A DNA stretch of 64,000 nt from Octopus vulgaris (taxonomy: Eukaryota), in assembly GCA_951406725.2 (NCBI GenBank), contig OX597824.1, positions 39,060,001 to 39,124,000 on the forward strand, in the 5' to 3' direction. Shown here one piece after another: positions 1 to 14,762 of the stretch (its first letter is position 1; the number at the start of each line of letters is the position of its first letter). The notes beneath the pieces were generated by a model. The model did not search any database. It had not been told where the DNA came from and worked only from the letters and a program-made list of their open reading frames with translations. The translations under genes were made by a program, and so were the position numbers.

Positions 1-55
1 CTAAAGGCGGTGCTCCGGCATGGCCGCAGTCAAATGACTGAAACAAGTAGAAGAG
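1..55 (+). mobile_element. SINE family A, 3' end (cut by window edge)
   Basis: ctaaaggcggtgctcc-gcatggccgcagtcaaatgactgaaacaagta matches the tails of the copies at 11485 and 43243. Confidence 0.8.
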
Positions 56-115
56 ATTATAAGGGTATCTATTTACTTCTGTTATGTATGTGTGTGGATG
101 TATGTATGCATATAA

Positions 116-147
<32 letters not shown>

Positions 148-179
148 ACACGCAAGCACATACACTCATACACACACAA

Positions 180-216
<37 letters not shown>

Positions 217-634
217 ACATATATATATATATATATAACATATATATATATAACAGGAATAGCCACCATAGTGGATACCTAGTACGCTAGAAGAAGCCAA
301 ATCGCCTTTTGAGAATATGTTCTCAAAACGTTTAGCAAAAGCCAGAATGTAGGCAAGCAAGACAAATGAAATGAGACAGAATAAAGCAATTAACTTCATA
401 CCTTAAGATTTCGCTATTAATGGTCACCAACGTAATCATCTGTAGCTCGTCAGTGAAGTCGTTGCAAAAACACATAACCAACGGAAATAGATACAAATCG
501 TCTCCACGACAGAGAACATACAAAGTTCCACCAATTATGTATCGAAAATATCCATCCAAATATCTTCATACTGGTGCGCCAAACCGAAAGGAACTCATAT
601 ATACATAAAAATACATACATACATTCGTACATGT

Positions 635-930
635 GGAGGCGCAATGGCCTAGTGGTTAGGGCAGCGGACTCGCGGTCGTAGGATCGCGGTTTCGATTCCC
701 AGACCGGGCGTTGTGAGTGTTTATTGAGCGAAAACACCTTAAAGCTCCACGAGGCTCCGGCAGGGGGTGGTGATCCCTGCTGTACTCTTTCACCACTCTT
801 TCTCCTACTCTTTCTTCTGTTGGCCTGCTCGCTTAGCCAACGGGGTGGCGTCATTCGAAGGCTAAAACAATGCGAACGCATTGTGACCAGCGATGTGTAA
901 CTACATCTGATGGACTGGTTGGTCACGTGG
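635..930 (+). mobile_element. tRNA(Arg)-derived SINE
   Basis: tRNA-like head with A box TGGCCTAGTGG, TCG anticodon loop and B box GGTTTCGATTCC, followed by ~220 nt unrelated body; no intact acceptor stem. Confidence 0.75.
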
Positions 931-2791
931 TTACATATCTATGTAAAGATAAACATTCTGGTTGGTTACATATCTATGTAAAGATAAACATTCGTACATT
1001 CGTAAAGATAAACATTCGACGAATTCTACGGTTGGCTATCGAGCTTGTAATGTTGTGTTTTTCTCTTATATTTCTTGATTTTGTTGCACTGATGAACATG
1101 AAATGCATATTCTGCATTAAATGCGAAATCACATGTGATATGTAACTGAATTCTTTTTTAAAATGATGTGTTTTGAAGTTTTGCATTCGGTAAAATTTTG
1201 TTTATTTTTAGTAGTTTTGACCGCATTGGTCCCTCTTAGCGTGTTGGTATCTACGAATAGTAGTACCCTCAATATAATATAATATAATATATATATATAT
1301 ATATATACTATCAAAGACCAAACTATATATAGAGATTAACAAAGGCAATCTCCGTCTGAAATCTTTACCGAAGATCACTCAACCCTTATATTTTCAATAT
1401 TCCTTGCTGGTGCTCAGTTGCTCATTTGGTAGTTTTGTGTCACTAGCCAGGGTTTTCTAGTATAACCATTAGTAGTTTGATCTATAGTGCCGTTTTACGT
1501 AAATATGCCCCTCTATTTTTCTTCTTTCAGCAATTCGTAGGAGTATTCATGTTCTTCCTAACAATTTCTTTGCTAGCACTTGTTATTCCGATATTTGTAT
1601 TACAAATTAAAAGCGAAATAAAAATCCCATTCAAATTTCATCATATTTTTCTCACTTTCAGCATCTAACAGCCGTCATATGTACCTATGGAAAATAGTTC
1701 AGTTTACTGCTTCTTAATAATCACGATTTTGCTATGTCTATCGTTAGTTATTTTTCTATACATTCTACTTTTATTAAAACAGCGACAGGTACTGAAGTAT
1801 GGTCTTTTGTTTCTTTTGCTGATCTTGCATCTACCAGTTATTAATTTACCTCTAGCGACTTCGTCTTCATCACAAGTATTAGCAGTACTTATCTACGTAA
1901 ATGATACGAGTATACAAGAACCAATTCATGAAGTAAAAAAAAAAAGAAACAACACAAAATCGAAGTCAATGCAAACGTGGCAAAAGAAGAGACAGGAAAA
2001 AGTAGGCTACGTTTCGGTTAGAAAAGGTAAGTTAAGGAAAGGAAATGGAGAAAAAAGGAAGGTGGAGGAAACGAGCGTGTACTATACTGGAAGTCAAGGA
2101 ATGAACAAATTGTTTTCAACAAAGGAGAGTGAAGATTAAAGAAGATAAGCGTGACAAGTGTACGTGGTATAAATTGTTGTGCTGAAATGAATTATCTGTA
2201 AGATACATTTATGCGTGTTCTAGCTGAATAGTTCGTTTTTGCCGAGCAATTTTTACAATAAGATGTACACTAAACAAATTTTTGTTTATTCTATGTCAGA
2301 CCATACCTTCCCCGACAGACAGGCGTCTTGATCGGGACAGATTTGTGCAAATTTCGCAAAAAAACTTCGTTGAGAATTTTTTCCTTTTTAAATTATTTAC
2401 ATGTCTGTTCGACCATTTCACATGACTTTATTCATTAAAACTTATGAAAACTTCAGAAGTTTTTTACAACGTTGGTCGTCGTAATGCTTTGCTTTCATTT
2501 GTTTAATAAAAATTCCTCCGCGTAATGATTTTGCTTTCATTTTGTGATAGACAGTTATCATGTAAAAGAAAAAAAAATGCCAGCTTTCAAATTCTGTTTT
2601 CTGATCAGGTAAAATTGATTAAACTTTAAACCTCAGTAATATTTTTCTGAAATTTTTCTGCAACAAATAAATAACAAAATCGGATTTAATGTGGAAAATT
2701 ATCACATTATGCCACATTTGAAAATTTTGACGTAATTTCACAATTTCACAGTATGTGACGGCAACAGGGAAAACACTACAAAGGTAAAGAG

Positions 2792-2885
<94 letters not shown>

Positions 2886-4726
2886 CACACACAAGCACAC
2901 ACACACATACGCACGCAGACATTTACAAATGTACACAGGTAATCACGAGTATAAATATATACGTATATACATATGTATGTATATGCGTATATATGTATAT
3001 GTATGTATCTGTGTGTGAGTGTTTCTTTACGATGGACAGTAGAAAAGCCACCTACCCCTCCCCTTATGTATTCCTCACACCCACCTTTCTTTCTCTTCCT
3101 CGGTGTTTTAAAAGTTAGTTATAAGTATGTGCATGTGTGTGTGTGCGTGTGTGTGTAGTGTGTGTATGTATCTATGCATTTTATGTATTCAGCATCGCGT
3201 TTATATCCGTGAATGACAGCTATATTAACATTAATATTCCATTGCCACTCCATATTTGTCGCTTACACAAGGCTGTTCTCCCCTTCCCTGATATTAGCCA
3301 CACTCACTATGCCACCACATATCCCTCACACTAACACTCTTTGTGCCTTTCTCAATCTATCAAATAATAGCCCATCCACACTAAGGGGCCATTATAGAAT
3401 TTTATTGAAATCCAATTAGCCTATAAGTGAACTGGATGTTAGTATAACAAGTATGCAAAGTTTCGTCAAGATTGGCTTACTGGTGTAGACAGCAAGATGG
3501 TAACAGACAGATTGACAGACCGAAATGGCCGTTTATGTATAAGATGTATGGACAAAATGTGTGTGTTGTGCGGATAGTGAATGGAGGAAACTGTAGATGG
3601 GTGGTGTGTGGTATGCAAGGCTTCGTAAAATGAGCTTGTGGATATGTGTTGGGAGATAGATGGGGAAGAATGATGAGCAGTTGAAGTGAATTAAATGTTT
3701 AAACAGTTGAGCGCATGTGTGGGTGTGCGCGTGCGTGCGTATGTGTGTGAGTGAACGCAAAGATAACTTTGCAAACATTGTCTCGGGTGAATGTGTACAG
3801 CTTCGTGTACAACTTCGAGTAAGACATTATGTTTGTGGGAGGGTATTATGAGAGTAGGCAGTGATTAAGCACTGGAAGAAGTGACGCAGTACGGTTCGAT
3901 ACATCGGTAGAGAAAATGGTTGGTGAGGGTTATGTGCGTATGTGTGAATAACATGACTTTTTAATCTTTTAGTCACACGGCTAGGCAGTGTCCATGATAC
4001 GGTTCACGGATTCCAAGATTAGTTGAGGAAAGTGGGGAGGGGATTAATGTATCCCTAACCCGAAAACTTAGGCAAGAGAATTTTAATTTGTATGCTTTCT
4101 TTCTTACTAAGATTTCATGATACTGGATAGAATAAGAAATTATATCTAAGTTGTTTGAATCATGATAGACTCAGTAATCCCATCGGACTGTGGTGCCTTA
4201 GGCGGTCACCTTGTGTACTAAACTCTTATTGTGTGTCCTATTCAGAATTATTCCATTCGTTTCTGTTGAAATACTTCGGAAATTCTAAAACTATTTCGTT
4301 CTTTTTTCCTAATAACTACTTGTCCGCTTGTTTCCACACCTGTATAACAAAAAATCCCTATACAATTTGTTCCTTGTATCACCTGATCAGATCCAACTGA
4401 TTGACATGTGTATATATAAATATATATATACATAAGCATGTATGTATAGAAATGTGCGTGTTTGCGTGTATGTGTATGTATGTCTATAGACACACACACA
4501 TGTCAATAGACTGGGTATTTTAATCGAAGTGTACAGAATTCCATATTCATTACGCCAGATCTTAATCGAGTTCGTGCTAGGGATTCAACGGAATTTCATT
4601 CCACAACAGGCACCTCTGATAATCACAGGGATACATAATCAGAATGTTACCTAATACTCTTTTGAATCCCTAGCGCGAAACCGATTAGTAAAATCGGTCG
4701 TAATGGATAAATAATACTGTACACTT

Positions 4727-4771
<45 letters not shown>

Positions 4772-5063
4772 TTGTATATAAAACTTTTGAGAGAAAGTTA
4801 AATGATTATTTTTGGGGAATGATAATTCTGGAAGCAATACATATTCTCCTATAAAATTTTGGGTTGAAACACTCTTTTGGTTAAGACTGTCCGTGATAGA
4901 TGCGCCAACATCTCTTGTACACGTGACAGGTAGTCTGTCATTGGATCAACACCTTCGAATTTCTCTGTCCATTTTCGAAATTTTATCAGCGGGAATTGTA
5001 TGTTGCTGAGGTCATAAGAATTTAATAACAGCTCCAAAGAATATATAGATAGATAGATAGACT

Positions 5064-5105
<42 letters not shown>

Positions 5106-5659
5106 CGGATAGACCGACTGACTGACAGAGAGACAGACAGCATGACAGACAGACAGACAGATAGATAGATAGCTAGATTCACACACATACATACACACAT
5201 TCACATACACACATACGCACACATACATACAGATACACAGACGCACACACGTACACACATAATCGCACCAGAATACAGGAAAAAAAGAAACCATAAGTTA
5301 TTTTCTCAGAGAAAAGACGTTGAAATATCGATTAGAAATTTGATTTCCCTTCCCATCTGATATCAAAATATTTATCACGATATCATTGTGTACAATTCAT
5401 GTAGTGTCAGCTAATAAGCAACTTAAAATGTTTGTTTAATGAATTCATGTTATGGTAATGAATTTATGAAGTTCCACATTCTTTCTGATGTTCTTTCTCC
5501 TTCACTCTCTCTCTTTCTCGCCCTCTCGTCTCACTCTCACTCTCTGTTTTACAAGACTGTGACATTAATTCCTGATAGATTAATTCCCATGGGATAAGTG
5601 TGTTTATGGGTTGTATGCATGTATGTATGTATGTACGTACATACGTATATACGTATATA

Positions 5660-5714
<55 letters not shown>

Positions 5715-5841
5715 AGATTCCCATCCGTGATGATACCATTTCTAACTAAAGGAAGTGAACCTTCAAATTCTCATAATGTATTATGCATGTATATACATAT
5801 AATATACAATATCTATATACATATCTACAACTACCTAACTG

Positions 5842-5954
<113 letters not shown>

Positions 5955-6453
5955 ATATATACTATAATGGAGAAAGCTGCTTATTAATTAGGTATGTAAC
6001 AATTACTAAAAATACTAAAAGAAAGCAATTATTAAAGGGTTGACCGTCGGGAAATATTTTTACAAATTCATGTTTTAATAAATTTCCTTTAATTTCGATT
6101 TCTCAAGTTTATTGAAGTTTTTAAACTTCATTTTCTCACAAACTTAAATATCCACTGCGTCAAATTCATCATAGATTTAAATATGCGTTGCATTCACTGC
6201 GATGTAATCCATTCTCATTTGCAAAGTTTCTCACTTTCTCTTTTAACTTATCATTCGCAATTAATGGATACGCAATGTAAAATTATTATTTATTGAATGA
6301 AAAAAATTTAAGATACTCGCAGGATAGCTGTGAGAAGAGCCAAGAAAGTTGGATAATTACTATTAGAAGACGAGAAAAATACAAACAAAAAGTTACCGAC
6401 AAGTACTCGAAACTTGCACCTTATTCACAGTTTCCAAACACAACTTCCACAGT

Positions 6454-6529
<76 letters not shown>

Positions 6530-8514
6530 AATGCATACTCTCACACACACATAGATACACATACACACATGAAAGGCAATGAATATGTGTGTGTGTGTGT
6601 GTGTGTGCGTGCTGTTCACTCACAAAACTTCGTGCTGCTTTACTTTTGTGAATTTTTGTCTGTGAATTAGTCGCGGTTTCAAAGCGACGAAAATATTTTG
6701 ACACAAATGAAGTTTTAATGTTGAAGTGAAACTAACGGTATTTGTGTGTTCTTGAATGGCTTACAAACATCTTCCTCGCTGCAATTGCTTTTGTTTCAGC
6801 ACCCGATCTCAGATCACGTCACTTACTATGCAAGTACATCTCCGTAATTTTTTTAAACCACTGTGGATAAATTCTGTCAATGACCTCAGGCTCTCCTGTA
6901 TCTTAATTTCTAAACAGAAACAATCAAGGGCAGGGTGTGGGGTTACAAAAAAATCATAGTTTCTCGAATTTTCTTTTTTATAGTATATAAATGTAATTAT
7001 AAGGGAAAATATTGGAAAACATCAATACATGAGAGAGTGATAAAGAAACGAGGATGAGTTTCTTTGGATGTGCAAGAAACAACAGCCAAATCGCCCTTAA
7101 ATCACGTTTCCCTCCGAAAATATAAACAATTTTTAAAACTTTTTTTTTACCGAAAATGCTCATCCCATGGTTTTGAAGTGCAAAAAAAAAACTGGCCAAA
7201 GTAGGTCCGGAGTGGGATGATGAGGGAGGGGGTGTATAAAAAAGAGTTTTCAAAACTTTTTTCACACGAAGATGCCCCCAACCCCATCATTTCGATGGCT
7301 GTAGTTTAAAAAAATGGGGAAAATCCCCGAAAAAATTTCCCCCACAAATTTCTTTATAATCGTAATCTATGCAATTTGAACGGGCTTTGTATAAATTTTC
7401 ATTAAAAGATATTCATCTTCCTGACAGTTATGAGGGAAAAAGCATCAGATCGTGTGGATTTTCTGAAACCCTCCTGTCCACCCCCTCGCAAACATTCTTT
7501 CCCATAAATCCCTATATACTCTGAAGCCACATAATCTAAGCGGTATTTGTAGAAATTTTGTTAAAAAGTATCCATTTTTCTGGATGTTATGAGGCAACAA
7601 AGTCGAGAGCGTATACAACTGTAGTAATGCCCTTTTATTTATACGATATTTTTTATTTCATGTTTATTTCATTCATTGCATGTAATATTCTGTCTCTCAC
7701 TCACACACACACACACGCTGTAAAGCTTACAGATGGGCCGCTGAATTGAAATCTTTATGTTGCTTTGAGGGGAAGGAAAAACTTGACAAACTGCTCCCCC
7801 TCTGTTGTTGGACTACTCTGATGTTTGTTTGAATAAGAGAGATTATGAGTGTCATACAATAATGAAAGCAATATTTACTAAGCAAGTGAGCACTATTATA
7901 CAAAGAAATAATTAGACGTAAAATATAAAGATTATTATAAATTGGAATCAAATGAAAATATTATCAAGTGGCTACCAGTATATATAATATGCATATCTGT
8001 ATATATATGAATATATTCATGGGTACGACTTCAAATTGCGCTACTGGGGCTCTGGTTCAGGAGTTCAAACATTTTTTGAGGTGTGTGAATCCACCTCTTA
8101 GACACTGTTTCTCCCAGGTCTCCTCTGTCCTGGAATAGTAGCACTGACGTGTCCCATTCATGGATTAACTTGTATATGAGTGGTCTTGCATAGAAATACT
8201 CGGGTTGGTGTCAGAGGTGCAGTAAATCCACATGGAACGAGGGATACCTGGTTCTTTTTTAATGCATCCTTCTAGAAGACTAACTCGTATATAAAAATTG
8301 CTGCTCTATTGAACCAGATATATTGCACTTTGCTTATCTCTGGGTTTCTTGGTATTGCTTCTGAGAGTCATTGAGGTGCTATACATGCCACATTCGACTT
8401 AAAACACTTACATGAGTACTGTTGGCATTACCAGTCAGTGATAGTTATGTTCATCTTACAAGTAGACAACCTTCACATGTACATGCATATATGCGTACAT
8501 TCATACAAATATGA

Positions 8515-8745
8515 ATGGCTATGTTGTAAGAAGCTTGCTTCCCAATCACATGGTTTCGGGTACAATCCCACTGCGTGGCATCTTGGTCAAGTGTCCTCTA
8601 CTATAGCCACGGGCTGACGAAAACCTTGTGAGTGGATCTGGTTGACGGAAGCTGAAAGAAGCCCGTCGTATGCATATATGTATACACATGTGTATATATG
8701 TAATCTCTCTCTCTCCCTCTCTTTCTCTCTCTCTCTCTCTCTCTT

Positions 8746-8777
<32 letters not shown>

Positions 8778-8986
8778 TGTATATGTACGTAATAAATATA
8801 TATGTACGTATGTTTGCGTGTACGCGTGTTTTTTTCCCTCACCGCTTGACGACCGGTGTTGGTGTATTTACGCTCCCGTAACTTAGAAGTTGTGTAAAAG
8901 GCCTGGACTCGATTCGTTTGAGTAAAACGTTTCAAGGCGGTGATCCAGCATGGCCGCAGTCAAATGACTAAAACAATTAAAAAAAG
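8515..8986 (+). mobile_element. SINE family A (tRNA-derived, internal microsatellite)
   Basis: Head ...gcttgcttcccaatcacatggtttcggg, body gtggatctggttgacggaagctgaaagaagcccgtcgta, tail gcatggccgcagtcaaatgac; aligns by eye with the other copies. Confidence 0.85.
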
Positions 8987-8991
8987 TTAAA

Positions 8992-9045
<54 letters not shown>

Positions 9046-9047
9046 AC

Positions 9048-9111
<64 letters not shown>

Positions 9112-10389
9112 TGCAGGTAAGTGAATAAATACATAGATCGATATATGTTCTCTTAGATTAAAAAATCTGAGAAATGTTTTATTGAACACATATATTAATA
9201 TATGAATTTGTAAGACGATGGTGATTGATTCTATCATTTTCCGAAGTTTGTTGCTTAATGCGACATTTTCGTGGAGAAATGATTGCTTCAAGCAAAAATG
9301 TCTGTACAGCAACGACGTAAATCACCACCTTTTGTACAAACTTCACGCACACACATATATATGCGTGTGTGTCTGTACATACACTATTCATATATGTGTG
9401 TGTGTATGTGTATATATGTATGTTTGTGTGAATGTGTGTGTGTATGTGTAAATATACATGCGTGCGTACGGGAGACATAATGAATTCGTAAACAAGAATC
9501 GAAACCTCAATCTTCATGTTTGATTCCATTCTTTTTGACTTCGTTCTTAGAATTTGTTGGTTCAACCTGTCAAGTTCTTCACCATCTTAAACGAGACAAA
9601 ATTTGATTTAGATAGATCATCTAATTTCATTGTTATTGACCTAGTTCAACTTCAGGACAGCTATAAATTCGAGTTACCTGTTGAGAAACAGTCTCTTTCT
9701 CTGCGCAACTTTCTGAGAATTAATTTCCCTCATATTTTACTCAACCGCTTGTAGACATTTACTTTCTCATCTATGATAACCTTACGTCAACTTCACATAA
9801 AGTCTGCAGCAGCCCACTACAAGAGATTCTCTATCAAAACTATCATTTGTAATTACTTCCAACTCGTCGTGATTGTGAAAAACTTCGTAAGGTTGAATAA
9901 AATCTATGAGTATAAATCATCTCGCTTCAGTTTCTCTCAGTGCATCCAGAAATAATTAACTGTCACAGACAACCTTTCTCAGCCTCTTTTTATCTCCATT
10001 CTTCCACGTCTCAACCTACCACGGTCTACCAGTTATAATTATACCGTTAACATTTTCTGACTCCAACGTACCACTTACATCTGGTAACCCGACACATCAA
10101 GTCTCTTAAAAATGGCTACATTTTGCCTTTCAACGTCATAATTGTTGACATTTGCATCTTACAATTAACTGATATACATAGGTGATCTTCGACATATAGT
10201 TTATAGTTTTGCTGCCGAGTGCTGCTGGCAGGAATGAAAATCAGTGCTGCGAAGACAGACACTCGTCCTCTCAAGGAAGACTGCGCAATGCACTCTACAT
10301 GTGAGTGAGTTCTACTGAAACAGGTAGAGAAGTTAATGTATCTCAAGGACATTTTCACGAATGATGGAAAGTAGAAGGCTTAACTAAGT

Positions 10390-10935
10390 GCAAGAATTGC
10401 AAGAGCTGGTGCAACAATGCACCAGTTTCACCATACGTTCATCATTAAGATGGAGGTAGGTGTAAAGGGCAAACTTATTATCTTCAATTTGGTGTTCTGC
10501 CTGCATTTACTTATGTTCGTGGATCTGGTGTAATGAGAAAGAATACGATCAGGAATACAAGCGGCCGAGATAGGGTTCGTCGGAGGTGTCTTTGGAGTAA
10601 CTTTACACGACAGAGTGTGTAGCTCGGAGATCAGAGAAGCGCTAGACGCTACTTTTCCGAATTGAGAAATCACAGCAACGATACGACGGGTAGGTGCTAG
10701 AAACGTCTTGGGAAAGAATCGCTGGACAGGTTTTGCGGGCAAGACCAAACAAGAGACCAGGAGTGGACCACGTGCAGGATGTTTTGGATAGCATCCGTGA
10801 ACTTGGTTGGTCTTGCTTGAGGATCCAGCCGGATCAACTGGAGACGGTTGCTTCTGACAGGAGCCGATGGATAGTGTGCTTGAGGACACTGCCCCACGAC
10901 CTTTCCAGCATAAGTGAGCGAAGAAGATGAGATGA
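10390..10935 (+). mobile_element. RTE-clade LINE 3' fragment, decayed
   Basis: Broken frames read RIRSGIQAAEIGFVGG/GVTLHDRV-SSEIREALD, ERIAGQVLRARPNKRPG and LETVASDRSRW, typical of the RTE ORF C-terminus. Confidence 0.65.
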
Positions 10936-11484
10936 TATGTGACACATACACACGCACACATACACACACACAGACACACACAGACACACACACATGATGG
11001 TGCTCCAGTATGGCCACAGCATTAGGGCTGAAACGTATAAAAGAATTAATGAATATAAGTATGTATATGTGTAAATACATATATATGTGTGTGTGTGTGT
11101 GTTCAGACACCGACACATATATATGTATATGTGCATGTGCATGTATATATGTATATGTATAGGTGCATATATCAACTGTTTCTTTGCTAAGTTTAAATCA
11201 CCATCCCTCCCAATCATCAGATTATGTAATGGGAAGGCTGTAAGTCATTAAAAGTACTGCTATTACTAAAATATATGTTCGAAATACTTATAAAAGACAC
11301 ACATATGAAAATTGCTTTGAGAAGCGAATATTGAAGCCAATTATTTCAAATCTCAGACACAATACATTAGATTGCTGACACACATTTTAATTCCATTTAC
11401 ATGATTGATGCAAAGCATATAAAAGCTATACATGTCACCTCATTAACGAAAAAGAAAGAGCTAATAATATTATTTTATTAGTAT

Positions 11485-11899
11485 GCGCACGAGTGGCTGT
11501 TTGGTAACTGTGTGGTAACCGTGTGGTAGCTTGCTTACCAACCACATAGTTCCGGGTTCAGTCCCACTGCGTGGCACCTTTGGAAAGTGTTTTTACTATA
11601 GCCTCAGGCCGACCAAAGACTTGTGAGTGGATTTGATAGACGGAAACTGAAGGAAGCCCGTCGTATATATGTATATGTATATATATATGTGTGTGTGTTT
11701 GTGTGTCTGTGTTTGTGCCCCCAACATCACTTGACAACTGACGGTGGTGTGTTTACGTCCCCGTAACTTAGCGGTTCGGCAAAAGAGACCAATAGAATAA
11801 GTACTAGGCTTCTAAAGAATAAGTCCTAGGGTCGATTTGCTCGACTAAAGGCGGTGCTCCAGCATCGCCGTAGTCAAATGACTGCAACAAGTAAAAGAG
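11485..11899 (+). mobile_element. SINE family A, full length
   Basis: gagtggctgt...gttccgggttcagtcccactgcgtggcacc head through gtcaaatgactgcaacaagtaaaagag tail. Confidence 0.9.
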
Positions 11900-12056
11900 G
11901 GTATGGTGTGAAAGTCAGCTCAGATGCGAAAAATAAAAACTGTACTCTTACTAATATGGCTCAGTGTCGGGTTTTAAGCTTCACGTTAGATAGACGTAAA
12001 GCAGTTTGTTGGTTCACAGTCTTTCAATTTTGTATTTCATGGCACTGAGTTAATAA

Positions 12057-12635
12057 TCCTTTCTACTATAGGCACAAGGCCTGAAATTTTGGGGAATGGG
12101 GAAAGTCGATCACATTGACCCCAGTACTTGACTGATACTTAATCTATCGACGCCGAAAGGATGAAAGGCAAAATCGACCTCGGCAGAATTTGAACTCAAA
12201 ATGTTCTGGCGAAATACCTATTTCTTTACTACTCGCAAGGGGCGAAACACAGAACGGACAAACAAGTACAGACAAGCGGATTAAGTCGATTACATCGACC
12301 CCAGTGTGTCACTGGTACTTAATTTATCGACCCTGAAAGGATGAAATGCAATGTCGACCTCGGCGGAATTTGAACTCAGAACGTAATGGCAGACGAAATA
12401 TACCTATTTCTTTACTACCTACAAGGGGCTAAACACAGAGGGGACAAACAAGTACAGACAAACGGATTAAGTCGATTACATCGACCCTAGTGCGTCACTG
12501 GTACTTAATTTATCGACCCTGAAAGGAGGAAAGGCAAAGTCGACCTCGGCGGAATTTGAACTCAGAACGTAGCGGCAGACGAAATACCGCTAAGCATTTC
12601 GCCCGGTGTGCTAACGATTCTGCCAGCTCGCCGCT
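12057..12635 (-). mobile_element. SINE family B, three nested/tandem units
   Basis: Minus-strand head gcggcgagctggcagaatcgttagcac; the core gagttcaaattccgccgaggtcgactttgcctttcatcctttc occurs three times (~12160, ~12340, ~12525). Confidence 0.9.
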
Positions 12636-12749
12636 TTGAACTAAGTCAATAACGACGTCATGAATGAAATATTATTGGAGTATTTTCACCGTACATATAA
12701 GAACGTGTACAACAAGAATAGATTTACTAGCTGTAGTCACTTGGATTTT

Positions 12750-12835
12750 GTAATCATGCGAGGTATAGAACATCCATCGGATGTACCCATAGCAGGGCAA
12801 AATATCAACAATATCCTTTATGCAGACGATAGAAA
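12750..12835 (+). mobile_element. Tiny LINE reverse transcriptase fragment
   Basis: IAGQNINNILYADD in ORF 12660-12851 (YADD catalytic motif in RTE-like context). Confidence 0.55.
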
Positions 12836-12859
12836 GATCTACAGAAGTTAGTTTAAAAG

Positions 12860-13378
12860 TACGAAATAAGTACCAATCACGCACTGAGGTCGATGTAATC
12901 GACTTGGCCTTCCCACAAAATTTCAGACCTTGTGCCTATAATAGAAAGGATTATTATTTATGTGAGTGCGGTGGTGAGCTCGCAAAATTGATAGCACGCT
13001 GAGAAAATGCTTAGCGGCATTTCTTCCGACTCTTTACGTTCACGTTCTGGGTTCAAATTTCGTTGAGATCGGCTTTGCCTTTCATCCGATGAAATTAGTA
13101 GAAGCTATCCGCTTACGCTTAACACCTGGCCTTATGCCTATAGTAGAAAATAATTATTTATGCTAGCAGACTGGCGAGTTGGCAGAATCGTTAACACATC
13201 GGACAAAATGTGCAGCAGTATGTTTTACAGCATTTCGTTCTGAGTTCAAAATCCATCGAGGTCAACTTTGCCTTTCATCTTTTCGGATTGATAAAATAAG
13301 TTAGCAGTTGAGCACCAGAGTCTATGTAATCGACTAGCCCCCTCCCCTGAATTTTCAGGCCTGTAGTAGAAAGAAATC
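12860..13378 (+). mobile_element. Cluster of SINE family B copies (3' fragment 12860-12955; copies 12968-13152 and 13170-13378)
   Basis: Same head/core/tail (gttcaaat...ctttgcctttcatc; tagtagaaa) as 12057-12635, opposite strand. Confidence 0.8.
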
Positions 13379-14633
13379 ATTTTAATTATGCGAGTTTGGG
13401 TTTTAATGGCGATTATGATAATTTAAAAGAAAGTACAAGGTACGACAAAAACACTTCAGATTTGCCATTCTTGATAAATGTTTCAACAGCAAATGAACAG
13501 TGTGCCTAGGTCTCAGTCACGATGGTGACTAAAAAAATACCCAAACAATAAGATGTTTGCTACATGACGAAATCCTTATCATCTACTTTAACTCCACTAG
13601 TTCCAGACCGAGGGCTATAAAAATTTGAACTTTTTTTTTGCGTCTTCTGCATCACCAGTTTGCAACATAAGAATTATTGGAGCAATTTTGAAAAACATCG
13701 ATAATTTTAAATATTTACGAACCAGTTGGAGAAAAACATCAAAAAAATTTAATCAAAGACTGGAGAGGCCACAAGAGAGATTCTAGGAGATTGCAATTCT
13801 TGCAAGAAGTAGCAGTCAAACTTCTCTTGCACCACAGCCTAGTGTCATTGAAAAGGAAGCTAGATACAGACCGTCATAAAGCAGGATGAGGTTGTCACAG
13901 CTGGAACTCCTTTGATAATATATCTGCTTGGTCAGGACTAACTGAGAGCAAAATAAGAGCAACGGCTGTTAATAGAATGAGCCAAAGAGGGCTTCTCTAC
14001 GTATATCTGTTCAAATATTCGTCTGGCAATGAGTGAGGAAAAATCCTAGAGATGACATAAAACCCATACTTACATATGGACACGTCTCCTTGAATATCAA
14101 CAGATAAGTGCAAAAGCTTATAAATGCTGTAGTAATATGAAACCCAATTGAGTCCTCTACAGAGAGAGTAACGAGCGCTGAAGTACTTAGACAAACAAAA
14201 ACCACCAGATAACGTCTTAAAAGCCTCATGAAACAGAAGGTTAAGTTCATTGGACAGTCTCGAACATATGAAAACATCTACTGGAAAACTAAAGAGTAAA
14301 AGAAGCCAGGGAAGACATGGTAAGATACTGGATAGGCGACAGCGCCTGTAAGTTGTTCACTTGTGTGAAATACAAAATGGCACGAAGAACCACGATTGGT
14401 TTCGTATGTCGGTATGATAAAAAAAGAAGAAAATATACATATAGAATTATATTCTCAAGTTGAAGATAAAATACATCACGATCTTAGCAATATTTTTATG
14501 TAATTATCTATTCGTGTGTATCTTTATCGCAAATTTTTATGGTGGATTTTGGAGCAATGGCTCTGATTTTAGCAAGTGGTATTATATATCCTACCTAATC
14601 TTATATGTGCATGTATGTATGTATATATGTATG

Positions 14634-14667
<34 letters not shown>

Positions 14668-14762
14668 TGTATGTATGTATGTATGTATGTATGTATGTAT
14701 GTATGTATGTATTTATGTATGTATGTATGTGTATGATGTATATGTGTATATATGTATATATG

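Noticed and set aside
635-710. tRNA-Arg gene
   Set aside because: Acceptor stem does not pair and the sequence continues into a SINE body.
1687-2139. 150-aa hydrophobic/basic ORF
   Set aside because: Composition follows T-rich then A-rich DNA; no recognisable motif.
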